A stretch of 63,888 bases of DNA, filler included, from Octopus bimaculoides (lineage: Eukaryota), in NCBI RefSeq assembly GCF_001194135.2. It is 7 parts of 7 records of this genome, joined end to end, with 100 filler letters (N's around TTAATTAATTAA, not from the genome) between each part and the next. Parts side by side here need not be neighbours in the genome. Positions count along the whole stretch, not along the records: positions 19,409 to 41,491 come from NC_068990.1; positions 41,592 to 47,887 come from NC_068985.1; positions 47,988 to 52,319 come from NC_068988.1; 4 more parts are not named here. One strand, written 5' to 3'. The notes under the pieces were generated by a model. It saw only the letters and a list, made by a program, of their open reading frames with translations, searched no databases and had not been told where the DNA came from. The translations under genes and the position numbers were made by a program. Positions 36,738 to 49,275 of this stretch are shown one piece after another; the stretch's first letter is position 1; the number at the start of each line of letters is the position of its first letter.

Positions 36738-36900
36738 TTGAAATTTATAGTTGAAATTTAAAGCAAAACAAAAAACGAAGACAGGTGTATGAACAACAAG
36801 CAAGTGTATTAGTTTAACGCTCGGGGAAAATGAAAAAGTCTTTTACGTTTCGAGCCTACGCTTTTCAGCAGAAAGGAAAAAGAGAAAATAAACACAGAGA
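36734..36900 (-). mobile_element. Short repeat carrying a minimal (no helix III) HHR-like motif at 36840-36875
   Basis: Minus strand CTTT-CTGCTGA-A-AAGC-GTAG-GCTC-GAAAC-GTA-AAAG; homologous to 12385-12545. Confidence 0.65.
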
Positions 36901-37949
36901 GAATGAAAAACAAATGTATATTTTAGTGGTCCAGCTGAAAAACAAATCTATTTTATTCCACACGGGTAGAAATATAGGAAAAGTAGAGTTTGAAAATGCA
37001 CTGAGAATAGTTAAAATATTTTTTTTATATTTAAGGCTTTAACCGGTTTCACAGTTTAAACTGATTATCAAAAATTTCAAATAGAAGGACGTGGCTTATG
37101 TCACAACTGTTTTGCTTTTGATTAGTGTTTGAAGCTTGTCCTATTTTTATAGGGAGTTCGTGGCTCAAATTAGTAGAAATCGAAACACGATCATCCCGAA
37201 GTATTAGAACATACATCACATGTTTTATATATATATACACATGTATTACGTATAATTGTATATTAATATATACCATAATGTATTATAACACATTAAGCAG
37301 CCTTATAGTTTTATTGTATTGTATGTTATATGCTATTATATGTTAGTATCCAACGCATTTTATTACATAACACCAACTGAACGATAACATCCTTAAAAAA
37401 AAACAAATCAACGTAAGGGGAGATAAATCTAGCAAAAACAGGGGGAACGATGAAGAATTTTTAACCTCTAAACATTTTCCTCCGGTGGAATTCTGAAATT
37501 TCCGCATGCAATTCTAAAGTTTTTCGTTTAAAACAAATATCCCTCGGCTTATGAATTGTAGTTCTAGATGGTGCTTATTTACAGGTGGGGATGGAGTTTG
37601 TATAAAGGCGGTAGAGATCAACTAATGCCAAATACTTTGGCCTTGTCTCATACCACGGATGACCTAACAGTCAACGGCAAGTCTTTCCTTACATTCGCCA
37701 ATATTTCATTTTGATTTTCTCTTTCAATATATGTCGTGGGAAAGAAGACCACATGTGATCCCAAACGATTGTTTATTGCTGCCTACAAGGCCACACCATT
37801 GTAGGTTCAAATGACTGCATAACCATTGAATTCGCTCATTGGTTGAACGTGTAGATTTTCTATAAAAAATAATTGAGTTGTCTGTTTTCTGTTTGTTTGA
37901 ATATCGTGGGAACTAAAAACACTAACACAGTAATTTTTTTTTGCAAACA

Positions 37950-37984
<35 letters not shown>

Positions 37985-38323
37985 TATTATTATTATTTAA
38001 TTACACGTATTACTTGATTTATATATATTCAATCTAAGGGATTTGCTACGTCTGAATAACCACTTACATCATACACTTCACGTATACCTTACACGAAAAC
38101 GCACACATAAACACACATACATAAATACACACAAACACACATACACACACACATACTCACAAACACAAACACATACATATACACAAACTCAAAATGAAAT
38201 ATAACAAACAATACACACTTACACACTTTTACTTAGTCGAGCGCTAAATAGTTACACAACTGAAGCGAAACAGATCAGCAAACCTATGTAGGTGTCATCC
38301 TTTCACAACATTGCAAGGAAGTA

Positions 38324-38368
<45 letters not shown>

Positions 38369-38811
38369 CATTTCGTGACAGCTTAGACAAGTTTGCCGTC
38401 CTAAATATTCTGATATGAAATTTCTGGTGGGAACCAAACTCAGAAGTGTATCGTCCTTCAGAAGACGTATCCTACACGACGTGAGTTTCTTTTTGAAAAT
38501 CTCAACGAAGGGCGTTCCAGCATGCACTCGGCTGAGATTTACCTCTAGGTCAGAGCACTTGACATTCTCCTCCCAATTTTAAACATGGCTGAGTGGTTAA
38601 GTAGTGCTCTTTGCAACCACGTAGTTTCGGGTTCAGGTCGTCTGCCCGGCACCTTGCCTACCTGTCTTCTACTATTGGCCTTGTGAATGAATTTAGTAAA
38701 CGGACACTCGTGTATTCACACACTCATATAAAATGTGTATATGTATGTATATATGCATGTATATATATATGTATATATATTTAGTGGGGAAACACATGTT
38801 GTGGATATAAA

Positions 38812-39081
38812 TAGAGAAAGAAATAAGATGAAAAAACATAGAAGATTTGTTTTACAGGATTTAAGAGTATATTAGAGCCATGATAATAAATAAGCCAAAT
38901 AAGGTTTTGATCTTTCAACATAACTGAAGTAAGGACCGGTTTCGCATTGCACATCAAACTGAAAGTTGAAATAAATAAATTTTGTACAAAATTGGATAAT
39001 ATCTTTATTATCATGGCTCTAATATACTCTTAATTCCTGTAAAACAAATCTTCTGTGTTTTTTCATCTTATCTCTTTCTCT
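38812..39081. mobile_element. Foldback/MITE-like element: ~78-bp inverted arms, 113-bp spacer
   Basis: 38812-38890 is the reverse complement of 39004-39081 with about 3 mismatches. Confidence 0.8.
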
Positions 39082-39109
39082 CTCTCTCTCTTTATATATT
39101 CTATATATA

Positions 39110-39141
<32 letters not shown>

Positions 39142-40045
39142 AAAATTAGGGATAAAATCCAAAATTACAGGTAAAAACTCAATTAAAATCAATTTATTAN
39201 NNNNNNNNNNNNNNNNNNNNNNNNNNNNNNNNNNNNNNNNNNNNNNNNNNNNNNNNNNNNNNNNNNNNNNNNNNNNNNNNNNNNNNNNNNNNNNNNNNNN
39301 NNNNNNNNNNNNNNNNNNNNNNNNNNNNNNNNNNNNNNNNNNNNNNNNNNNNNNNNNNNNNNNNNNNNNNNNNNNNNNNNNNNNNNNNNNNNNNNNNNNN
39401 NNNNNNNNNNNNNNNNNNNNNNNNNNNNNNNNNNNNNNNNNNNNNNNNNNNNNNNNNNNNNNNNNNNNNNNNNNNNNNNNNNNNNNNNNNNNNNNNNNNN
39501 NNNNNNNNNNNNNNNNNNNNNNNNNNNNNNNNNNNNNNNNNNNNNNNNNNNNNNNNNNNNNNNNNNNNNNNNNNNNNNNNNNNNNNNNNNNNNNNNNNNN
39601 NNNNNNNNNNNNNNNNNNNNNNNNNNNNNNNNNNNNNNNNNNNNNNNNNNNNTTTTTTTTTTTTTTTTTTTTTTAGTTAAGAAAGAACTTGCACCAGATT
39701 CAGAGCAATACCTCCCAGATCTTAGATTTAGATCAAGAATGTCATACGAGTTCTGTGTAATATATTGATGTGTGTGTATGTGCTTTTGTGCGTGTGTATG
39801 TCTATATATATATATGTGTGTGTGTGTATGCATGTATTACGAATGTATATATATATATATATATATATATATCTACCAATATATACACATATATATATGT
39901 ATACATACATATATACACATAGATATATATTCGTATAGATGTATGTTTGGCAGTCTGTCTGTCTGTCACTATCTATTACTAATATATACATACATGTACA
40001 CACATGCATATATGTATATGCATGTGTGTGCATGTATGTATATAA

Positions 40046-40085
<40 letters not shown>

Positions 40086-40151
40086 CTGTCTCTCTCTCTC
40101 TCTGTCTCTCTCTCTCTGTCTCTCTCTCTCTGTCTGTCTCTGTCTGTCTGC

Positions 40152-40302
<151 letters not shown>

Positions 40303-41051
40303 CATATATATATGTGCGTGTGTGTGTGTGTGTGTATACACACATAAATATACACAACCATCTACACAGCAATCATTATATAAACACACAGATTTGATGA
40401 CAACTAACAAATTCATTCATTTCGTATCTTACTTCTCTAATATTCTCTCAGCCGTTCCACCGTCACCACTTGAACCCACACCCACTCAACCCCTCGCCAC
40501 CACTTAAGAAGTATTACACTGACCACCTTACCATCATCACCTTCAACCACCCCCACCACATCTACCATTACCTTCTATGTTATATCCACGTTTATTTATA
40601 TATTTACCGTTTAGTTATATTTATTATTATTATTATTATTGTTGTTGTTGCTTGTCCGACCCCATCCCGCTCACCCCCCCCCCCCTCGGCCCATTGCACT
40701 CCACTCTACTTCAACGAAAACCAAACACTTCTTCCTCTCTTTCAGCAAGTCCTTTACATTTGCAACAGCGACCAAAACCTAATTACATACACACGTATAA
40801 ACACAATTACGGGCTTACATACCCAGTGCACAAACACAGACGGGTTTGTGAGAGCGGATATGTTTGTAAACACACACACACACACACATACACATACCTG
40901 TATTGTGCATGTATATGTGTGGCGGTTGTGTGGTTATAGAAACAGAAGAAATAAAATTCAAAATCCAAGGAGCTTATATGTATGTATGTACGTATGTACG
41001 TATGTATGTACATGTGTAAGTGTGTGTATTTGTGTGTGTGTGCGTCTGTGT

Positions 41052-41109
<58 letters not shown>

Positions 41110-41131
41110 GGATAGATAGATAGATAGATAA

Positions 41132-41257
41132 GTTTCTTTATTAGCCACGCAGGGCCGAACACAGAGGGGACAAAATACAATGTAAAGCTTTTCTTTTCGA
41201 AAATAGAAAAAAAAGGAGAAAACTAAAATTCCGATCAAAAGGGATCGTGAGAAAAAA

Positions 41258-41313
<56 letters not shown>

Positions 41314-41349
41314 GCTGGTGGTAGGTAGGTAGGTAGGTAGGTAGGTAGG

Positions 41350-41392
<43 letters not shown>

Positions 41393-41491
41393 GTTTCTTT
41401 ATTAGCCACACAGGGCTCAACACAGAGGGGACAAAATACAAATGTAGAGTTTTTCTTTTCGAGGGGGTCGAAAACAAAGCAGAAAAAAAAC
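41132..41491 (-). mobile_element. Two 3'-end fragments of one retroelement (Tx1/L1-like) embedded in (GATA)n
   Basis: 41132-41260 and 41392-41491 both end (minus strand) TTTGTCCCCTCTGTGTT..GCCCTG.GTGGCTAATAAAGAAAC and run directly into (CTAT)n. Clade assignment is an inference. Confidence 0.6.
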
Positions 41492-41591
41492 NNNNNNNNN
41501 NNNNNNNNNNNNNNNNNNNNNNNNNNNNNNNNNNNTTAATTAATTAANNNNNNNNNNNNNNNNNNNNNNNNNNNNNNNNNNNNNNNNNNNN

Positions 41592-41672
<81 letters not shown>

Positions 41673-41796
41673 CATGCACATATGTACATACATGACAAAC
41701 ACAGATGCACTCACACATATCAACATACAGTACATGCATATACATATACACGCACATATACTTACACACACGCACACACACATACATACAGAAATG

Positions 41797-42140
41797 TGAA
41801 GGTGCGCTCCTAGCGGTTAGAGTGTTGCACTTATGATGGCAAGATCGTGGTTTCGAAACCCTGACCAGATAATGCTTTGTGTTCTTGAGCAATTCGCTTC
41901 ATTTCGCGCTGCTCTGTGATCATTCCGACACCTGACGTGTGGCACGCCGTGCACCTGTACAGGTAATATCGATTTGATCGAGTGAGTTCATGTACAACAT
42001 AAACATTTGATCATTATAAGCAAATCTATGCCGGTTGTTCAACACGAAATCACGAAACCCTCATCTATCATCTGCGACACGTGTCTGTGGAGTGCTCAGC
42101 CACTTGCATTTTGATTTCATGAGCAGGCTGTTCTTTTGAT
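41797..42140 (+). mobile_element. tRNA-derived SINE family C
   Basis: A-box-like CTAGCGGTTAGAG, B-box-like GGTTTCGAAACC, core TGTGTTCTTGAGCAA shared with 44695-45030. Confidence 0.65.
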
Positions 42141-42167
42141 CAGATCTACTGGAGCTCTCGTCTTCGA

Positions 42168-42198
<31 letters not shown>

Positions 42199-42219
42199 TG
42201 TGTGTGTATGTGTGTGAGT

Positions 42220-42372
42220 GCGGGAGTAGCTGTGGTAAGGAGCTTGCTTCCCGACAACGTTTCCGGTTTCAGTACCAGAGCGAGGAACCTTTGGCAAGTG
42301 CCTTCTACTATAACCTCAGTCCGACCAAAGCCTTTTGAGTATATTTGGTAGATGGAAACTGAAAGAATCCTG
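42220..42372 (+). mobile_element. SINE family B 5' half
   Basis: Head plus CORE-like block plus GGAAACTGAAAGAA. Confidence 0.75.
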
Positions 42373-42404
42373 TCTTATATATGTATACACACACATATAT
42401 ATAT

Positions 42405-42850
42405 ATAGTTATCGTCAAGTCAACATGGTAGTCCAAAAAATAGGACGAATGATGCCATTGATTAGCTCCAAGAGGCAATCACCTCTAGCTAGCTATGTGA
42501 CACACGAACCTGTGTCCATTATAACCTTCGAACAGGGGAGGTCAGCCGTTTCCCCTTGCTGGTCTGTCATCTACAGACTAGTTTCGGGATATTGCCCCTT
42601 ATCAATGTAGAGCAGCCCAACCCAGCAGGCGTCGCTACTGACCGTCTGTACGAAGGATTATTTACCTAATTCAGTGGAATATATCCACTGGTTTTCAGAA
42701 ATAGAGATTTTAGTATTTCTAAGGCTCTCTAAAGGAGACTACGGCAGCAGTACTGGATATTGATAGTTATCGCCAAGCCAACATGGCAGTCCAAAAAATA
42801 GGACGAATGCTGCCGTTCATTAGCTCCAAGAGCCCATCGCCTCTAGCTAG
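42405..42850 (-). mobile_element. Retrozyme-like unit: 358-nt monomer plus 88-nt terminal redundancy, homologous to 2218-2608
   Basis: 42405-42492 and 42763-42850 are direct repeats with 9 differences. A 33-nt block matches 2467-2499 at 26 of 33 positions. HHR inside. Confidence 0.7.
42570..42611 (-). ncRNA. Type I hammerhead motif, core inactivated (C3U, G8A)
   Basis: Minus strand TCTACA-TTGATAA-GGGG-CAATA-TCCC-GAAAC-TA-GTC-TGTAGA. Confidence 0.75.
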
Positions 42851-42999
42851 ATTTCAAGTGAAACACATTCACTGATCTACAAAATTAGAAATATTACATT
42901 TCTAAATCTCTGAGAGAGAGAAATCAGTAAATGTATTTCACCTGAAATCTATATGTTTTCAAAGGTGAATAAGCGTCGACAGCTAGCAAGCCATGCTAC

Positions 43000-43042
43000 T
43001 CCAGACTGATGATGAGCAATGACTCTGAAAGTAGTCTCTGGA
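43000..43042 (+). ncRNA. Type I hammerhead motif, intact CUGAUGA/GAAA core, two stem mismatches
   Basis: TCCAGA-CTGATGA-TGAG-CAATGA-CTCT-GAAA-G-TA-GTC-TCTGGA. Confidence 0.75.
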
Positions 43043-44694
43043 TGCTGGTTTTGATGGGNNNNNNNNNNNNNNNNNNNNNNNNNNNNNNNNNNNNNNNNNN
43101 NNNNNNNNNNNNNNNNNNNNNNNNNNNNNNNNNNNNNNNNNNNNNNNNNNNNNNNNNNNNNNNNNNNNNNNNNNNNNNNNNNNNNNNNNNNNNNNNNNNN
43201 NNNNNNNNNNNNNNNNNNNNNNNNNNNNNNNNNNNNNNNNNNNNNNNNNNNNNNNNNNNNNNNNNNNNNNNNNNNNNNNNNNNNNNNNNNNNNNNNNNNN
43301 NNNNNNNNNNNNNNNNNNNNNNNNNNNNNNNNNNNNNNNNNNNNNNNNNNNNNNNNNNNNNNNNNTATTTATAAAATTAATCTAATTTTTGTATCTCTAT
43401 GGATTCATACTTAGCTTATATATAACTATACTGGTATATTCACTACTAATAAAAAAAAAACTGCTTAGATCATAATTTTATTAATATATAATTAGCATGT
43501 TCCTTTACCTCAATGCTCCTTATTAATACCGCTATGTACCAATTAATCAATATTCACAGATACCATCTGATGAGTTAGTATTTAAGTGTACAATATGTAT
43601 AAATATTAAACTATTTCTGGATAAGTTCTTTTCCTCCCTCAATTGTGTTAAAAATTTGGTATATACTCAAAAGTCTTCATAAATTTCTATCCCTTTGTTA
43701 TAACATTCTTCTTAATAATCCTTTGAATAACCCTCTGAGTTAAAGGGACCTCTAATACTAGCCCCCACCGCCAGGCTTCGGGTCCTCTGGACCATGGCTC
43801 TTATTGGCCCATACATACACCTACCTCCGAATATACTCTTGTTGATTTTGTTATCCGAATTAATGATGAACCTCTTTGAATTATCTTTGATTAGCTCATT
43901 TTCGTTTTAATTATACACATTAGCGTTGGTCATGAATGCTTTCAGCTGCTATTCTTTTTACAAATGTCACTTCTTTATATGATTTGGTAGGACGAAGAAC
44001 TAACTATGCTACGCCGATGATCCCTGTGAATGCAGAAGTAGGTTTCCATGGCAGTCATTTGCCTCCAGAACGAATATCAGATGTTCCTCTTCTGTTTGCA
44101 TGTTAATTCTTCGAGAATTATTTTTAAGATCTTGAAATTATTTCTCTTTCTGATTCAGAGCCTCCAATACTAACCGCAAGTTACCTTTTACTATTTTTTG
44201 AATCTGTTTCTATTCTAATAATTTGGTAGCGTTGATATTATGATCTAAATATTGGACAAACTTTTAGGCTACAAAGCGATAGATCTTCTTGCTAGAAATA
44301 GTGGCAACATATTTGTTAAATCACCTATTTTCTTTGATAATACATCCAATATACCCGTATAACAGACGGGATAGTCACGGCTGGAATGCTTTTCAAAGAG
44401 AGCTGTATCAAGGATGATCTAAAGAAACAGCAGCAGCACAGCCACCGCCACCACTGCCAATAGCTACCTCAGCAATAACAACAACAAATAGACCATGGTA
44501 AGATCTATAGCTTGTGTGTTCATGGTTAGGAACTGATAGAACCTCAACTTCATGGAACGCATAAAGGACAGAACTTGCCCTTGAAAAAATTTCGTATCCA
44601 TGATCATCCTCTGCCCGAAACTGCTGCGGGGATTCAACACAACATCGCAAGCTTACAGAGAAACTCAGCTTTATCACATTAGTACCATTATGAA

Positions 44695-45030
44695 GACGCA
44701 TGGATCAGTGGTTAGAGCTTCGGGATCACAATCATGAGCGTGTGAGTTCGATTCTCAGACAGAGCTGTGTGTTGTGTTCTTGAGCAAGATACTTTATTTC
44801 CAGTTGTTCCAGTTCATTCAGTTGTAGAATGAATTGCGACGTCACTAGTGCCAAGCTGTATCGGCCTTTGCCTTTTCCTTAGATAACATCAGTGGCATGG
44901 AGAAGGGAAACCGGTATGCATGGGCGACTGCTAGTCTTCCATAAACAACCTTGCCCGGACTTGTGCCTCGGAGGGTAACTTTCTAGGTGCAATCCCATGA
45001 CTGAAGGGTTGGGGGTCTTCACCCTTTTAC
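44695..45030 (+). mobile_element. tRNA-derived SINE family C
   Basis: CAGTGGTTAGAGC A-box, GAGTTCGATTCT B-box, GTTGTGTTCTTGAGCAAGATAC core. Confidence 0.7.
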
Positions 45031-46082
45031 TGCTATGTATATTAGAAATTTCATATTCTCCCTCTAGCGCCCACGTGCACCTATTGGACTGGGACATTTA
45101 AGAGTTAAGTGTCTTAGTTAAGGACACAATGCGGACTCAAAAACAGAACGAACACAAACCCCTGCATTCTCAGCCTGTTGTTTGTTACCCTTTCTGCAGA
45201 ACCTTTTTCAATTCCAGGATACTTGCATCTTATTATGTCTCACTAATAGGATTTGTCTTTATCCTTACTGCTCCGAACCCAGCGTCACCCAACGCTGACA
45301 TATACGCTGATATATATCTACCGGCACCGTCACGTATCCGCAAGGCTATCACTCATCCCGGCATTCTCAAAGAACCCACCACTCAAATACTTGTACACAT
45401 AGACACTTCATCGGCACACCACCCGACACAACACACCTTCAGGAACTATACCCTCAAGCAGATCCCCTCACAAACCCATGCTCTCTGGCACCTCAGACCA
45501 CAACTATCCCCTGCGGTTCATCACACCCTGGCACCACACCTTGCGGCACAATATCCTCCGGCACCACAGCCCATTCACACACGCATCCCTCAACACACCA
45601 TCCCCCTTGTCCACTGGCCCAAACTCACCCTCCTAATCCCTGCAGATATCGTTATCGATCACGTTTCTCCCATATCGTCTTGCATGAATAACTTTCCAAA
45701 TATTTTCCATCTCAATCACTAGAAATCCTTTTCACTGGAAAACAGTAGAATGTATGTATGTATGTATGTATGTATGTATGTATGTATGTATGTGTGTATG
45801 TGTATGTGTATGTATGTATGTATGTATGAAGATATGTAAATATGTTTGTAAGTATATAAATATCCAAGCCAGTATATATATATACATATACATGAGTGTG
45901 TGTGTGTGTATGCATATATATATGTATGGATGCATGCATGTATGTATACGTGTGTGTATGTACGTGAGTATAAATATATATGCATGTTTGTATCCGTTTC
46001 TTTGAATATATATATACTTATATATATATGTATGTATGTATGTTTATTTGTACATATATTTATAAACACACAAATACACACA

Positions 46083-46140
<58 letters not shown>

Positions 46141-46428
46141 ATATAATGTACAGAAATAGAAATGTAGACAGGCAGGCAGGCAGACAGACAGACAGATAGA
46201 CAGGCAGACATATAGGTAGAAAGATAGATTGATTAATAGATAGGCAGTTAGATGAATAGGGAAGCCAGTAGATAGATAGACAGATAAATAGATAAACAGA
46301 CAGACAGAGAATCGTGTAGATAGACTGACATAATAATGATTGTTAGATACATAAAGGAAAAGAAAGTGAAACTGAAAGTTTGTTAAAAATAGGGAAAGCT
46401 AGAGAAAGAGAAAGAGAGGGAGAGAGAA

Positions 46429-46488
<60 letters not shown>

Positions 46489-46556
46489 TTGGAGTGAGAG
46501 AGAAATAGGACGATGTGAATGATAATAGGGAAGAATGAAGGTATATAAAGGCAGAA

Positions 46557-46597
<41 letters not shown>

Positions 46598-46745
46598 AAG
46601 GAAAGCGAGAGAGATGAAGAGTAGAGGAAAAGAAAGGGTGAGAGGGGAAAGGAAAGAGAGAGAAGTAAAGAAAGTGAAAATATAAGAGTGAAGATGACTG
46701 AGAAATCAGGTAGATAAATAAACATATTCAAATAAAGGACGGATG

Positions 46746-46786
<41 letters not shown>

Positions 46787-46799
46787 ATTTATCTATCTA

Positions 46800-46880
<81 letters not shown>

Positions 46881-46963
46881 TTCTATATCTCTCTGTCATC
46901 TCTTTCGAATACCCATAATTTCTCTTTCTCTCACCCGTCTCTCCCTTTCTTTTTATCTCTGTT

Positions 46964-47011
<48 letters not shown>

Positions 47012-47584
47012 CCTCTTTCTCTTTCTCTCTCTCACACACACATACACAAGGGAATAGATAAACACCAACAGAGATACAGATATGGAAATAGAGGGTAAGT
47101 GAGATGCAGAAAAAAACGAAAATGAAAACAAAAAAAAAATTAAAAAAAGAACACAACAAAACAAAACAGCGCAACAACAACGGTAAAACAAACCAAAATA
47201 TGAAATATTCATTGGACATAAAAGAAATAAACAAAATAAACATGAATATGATAATATAAAATATATAAAATATGTATAAAAAAATATACATCAACGTAAT
47301 AATAAATATATAATGAAACAAATTCAAAAAATCGCAGAAAATAAAAAAAGTATGAAGAATAGGGCTGCATTGTGGTGAAGCTTGTGAAAGTGAAGTTTAG
47401 TTAGAAGGGTGGACAAATACGTTATATAAAGTCTGGCATTGAATAGAGAGAAGTACTCAGAATATATAAGATACCCCTTGATGGGTGGGAAACCTATTCT
47501 ACTTTTTGTTGTTAAATTATATAACATGGCAAAGGCAAATAGACAAGCTGGCAGATACACAAATGGATAGCGTTATATATATAT

Positions 47585-47629
<45 letters not shown>

Positions 47630-47658
47630 TATATATATTTTTGTGTATATATACATAC

Positions 47659-47703
<45 letters not shown>

Positions 47704-47850
47704 TATATATATTTTTGTGTATATATACATACGTGTATATATATATATATATATGGTCTTATGTACATATGCATATATGTATATATAAACACACCTACAT
47801 ATATACATATATTTACATGCATATGTATATCCTTTATTTATATATATATA

Positions 47851-47886
<36 letters not shown>

Positions 47887-48142
47887 TNNNNNNNNNNNNN
47901 NNNNNNNNNNNNNNNNNNNNNNNNNNNNNNNTTAATTAATTAANNNNNNNNNNNNNNNNNNNNNNNNNNNNNNNNNNNNNNNNNNNNGCCAAGAATTGAT
48001 GTGTAAACTCGTCTGTGGCTATTTTTGAAATTACATGTTTTGGACAAGTTTACTCGTTGCACTCTGAAAAAGACAAATTGGGTGAAGACAAGTTAACCCA
48101 TCTTTGCTGGGTAAGGGATTAAGACACAAAGTTGTGGAGTTA

Positions 48143-48580
48143 GAGGGAGATTAGATTTAGCTTCTGTTTCTAGCAGGCTCAGTGACCACATAGAAGCTCT
48201 CGTTTGGTTTGCAGCTAATGTGTTAATATTGTGTTGTCATCAAATTGGTGTTGAGCTTTCAATCATCAATGCCATTTTAATATCTACATTCCATGATTGC
48301 ATGAGACAGATGCAAATCATTGACAAAGAATGTGTGAATTGAGATAGAGATTTGGCTGTTATTTCTAGTAAGCTCTGTGATCATGTACTAGCCCTCTCTC
48401 ATTGGCTCGTAGGGAATGAGTTATCATCAAGTCAGTGTTTATTCAGTCATTACCGTTGTTTTAATGTTGACTCTCCTATTTTCCATGCTTGCATGGCTCA
48501 GATAGTTGTTGACATAGAGAGTGTGTTTAGAGGGATATTTGGCTATTTTTAGGAGGTTCAGTGATCACATAGCTCTCTTG
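48143..48580. repeat. Three spaced copies of a short repeat end (GGGAGATTTGGCTGCTATTTCTAGC..GTGACCAC), also at ~21260, ~51200 and inverted at ~61930
   Basis: Recurrent motif at 48143, 48341 and 48530. Confidence 0.6.
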
Positions 48581-48659
48581 TTGATTTGTGGCTATAAAGT
48601 TGTATTATGTTTGTCAAGATGCTGTTTAACTTGAAGTCATCATCATCATCATATTGGTT

Positions 48660-48868
48660 TCAGATTTTGGCACAAGGCTAGCAATTTCGGGGAAGAAGAT
48701 AAGTTGATTACATCGACCCAGTACTGAACTGGTACTTATTTTATCGACCCTGAAAGGATGAAAGGCAAAGTCACCCTCAGTGGCATTTGAATTCAGAACA
48801 TAAAAATGGATAAAATGTTACTAATCATTCTACCTGGCATGCTAACAATTCTGCCAGCTTGTCACCTT
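48660..48868 (-). mobile_element. SINE family A, strongly CpG-decayed
   Basis: Family A layout with nearly all CpGs converted to TpG/CpA. Confidence 0.85.
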
Positions 48869-49082
48869 AGTCATAATTATCATATTGTCTACCTATCCAT
48901 ACTAGCATAATTCCAGGAATTGAAATCACGATCTTGTGACCATAAGTGCAACACCCTGACCATGAGGTCACACACTTTCACTCACTCACTCACGCATGGC
49001 CTCTTTATCATCTCCTTGCATAAAGCCACCTCCCTCTTTGTTGTGGGTCTTGTCTTGTAAATAATTTTGGAACTTCACAAGT

Positions 49083-49275
49083 GCTAGTGCCGCATAAAAA
49101 GCACCCTGTACGCTCTGCAAGGTGGTTGGCATGAGGAAGGGCATCCAGCTGTAGAAATTATGCTAAAGCAGACACTGGAGCTTAGCACAGTCCTCTGGCT
49201 CACCGGTCCCTGTTGAACAATCCAACCCATACCAGCATGGAAAGCAGACATTAAACACCGCTGAATGGTGATGGT
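49083..49275 (+). mobile_element. RTE-type 3' tail repeat (an inverted relative lies at ~49590-49730)
   Basis: GTTGGCATGAGGAAGGGCATCCAGCTGTAGAAA...CCAACCCATACCAGCATGGAAA; clade link from recall. Confidence 0.55.

Noticed and set aside
44005-44020. CYADD as an RT motif
   Set aside because: Flanking residues are not RT-like; 43366-44370 left unassigned.
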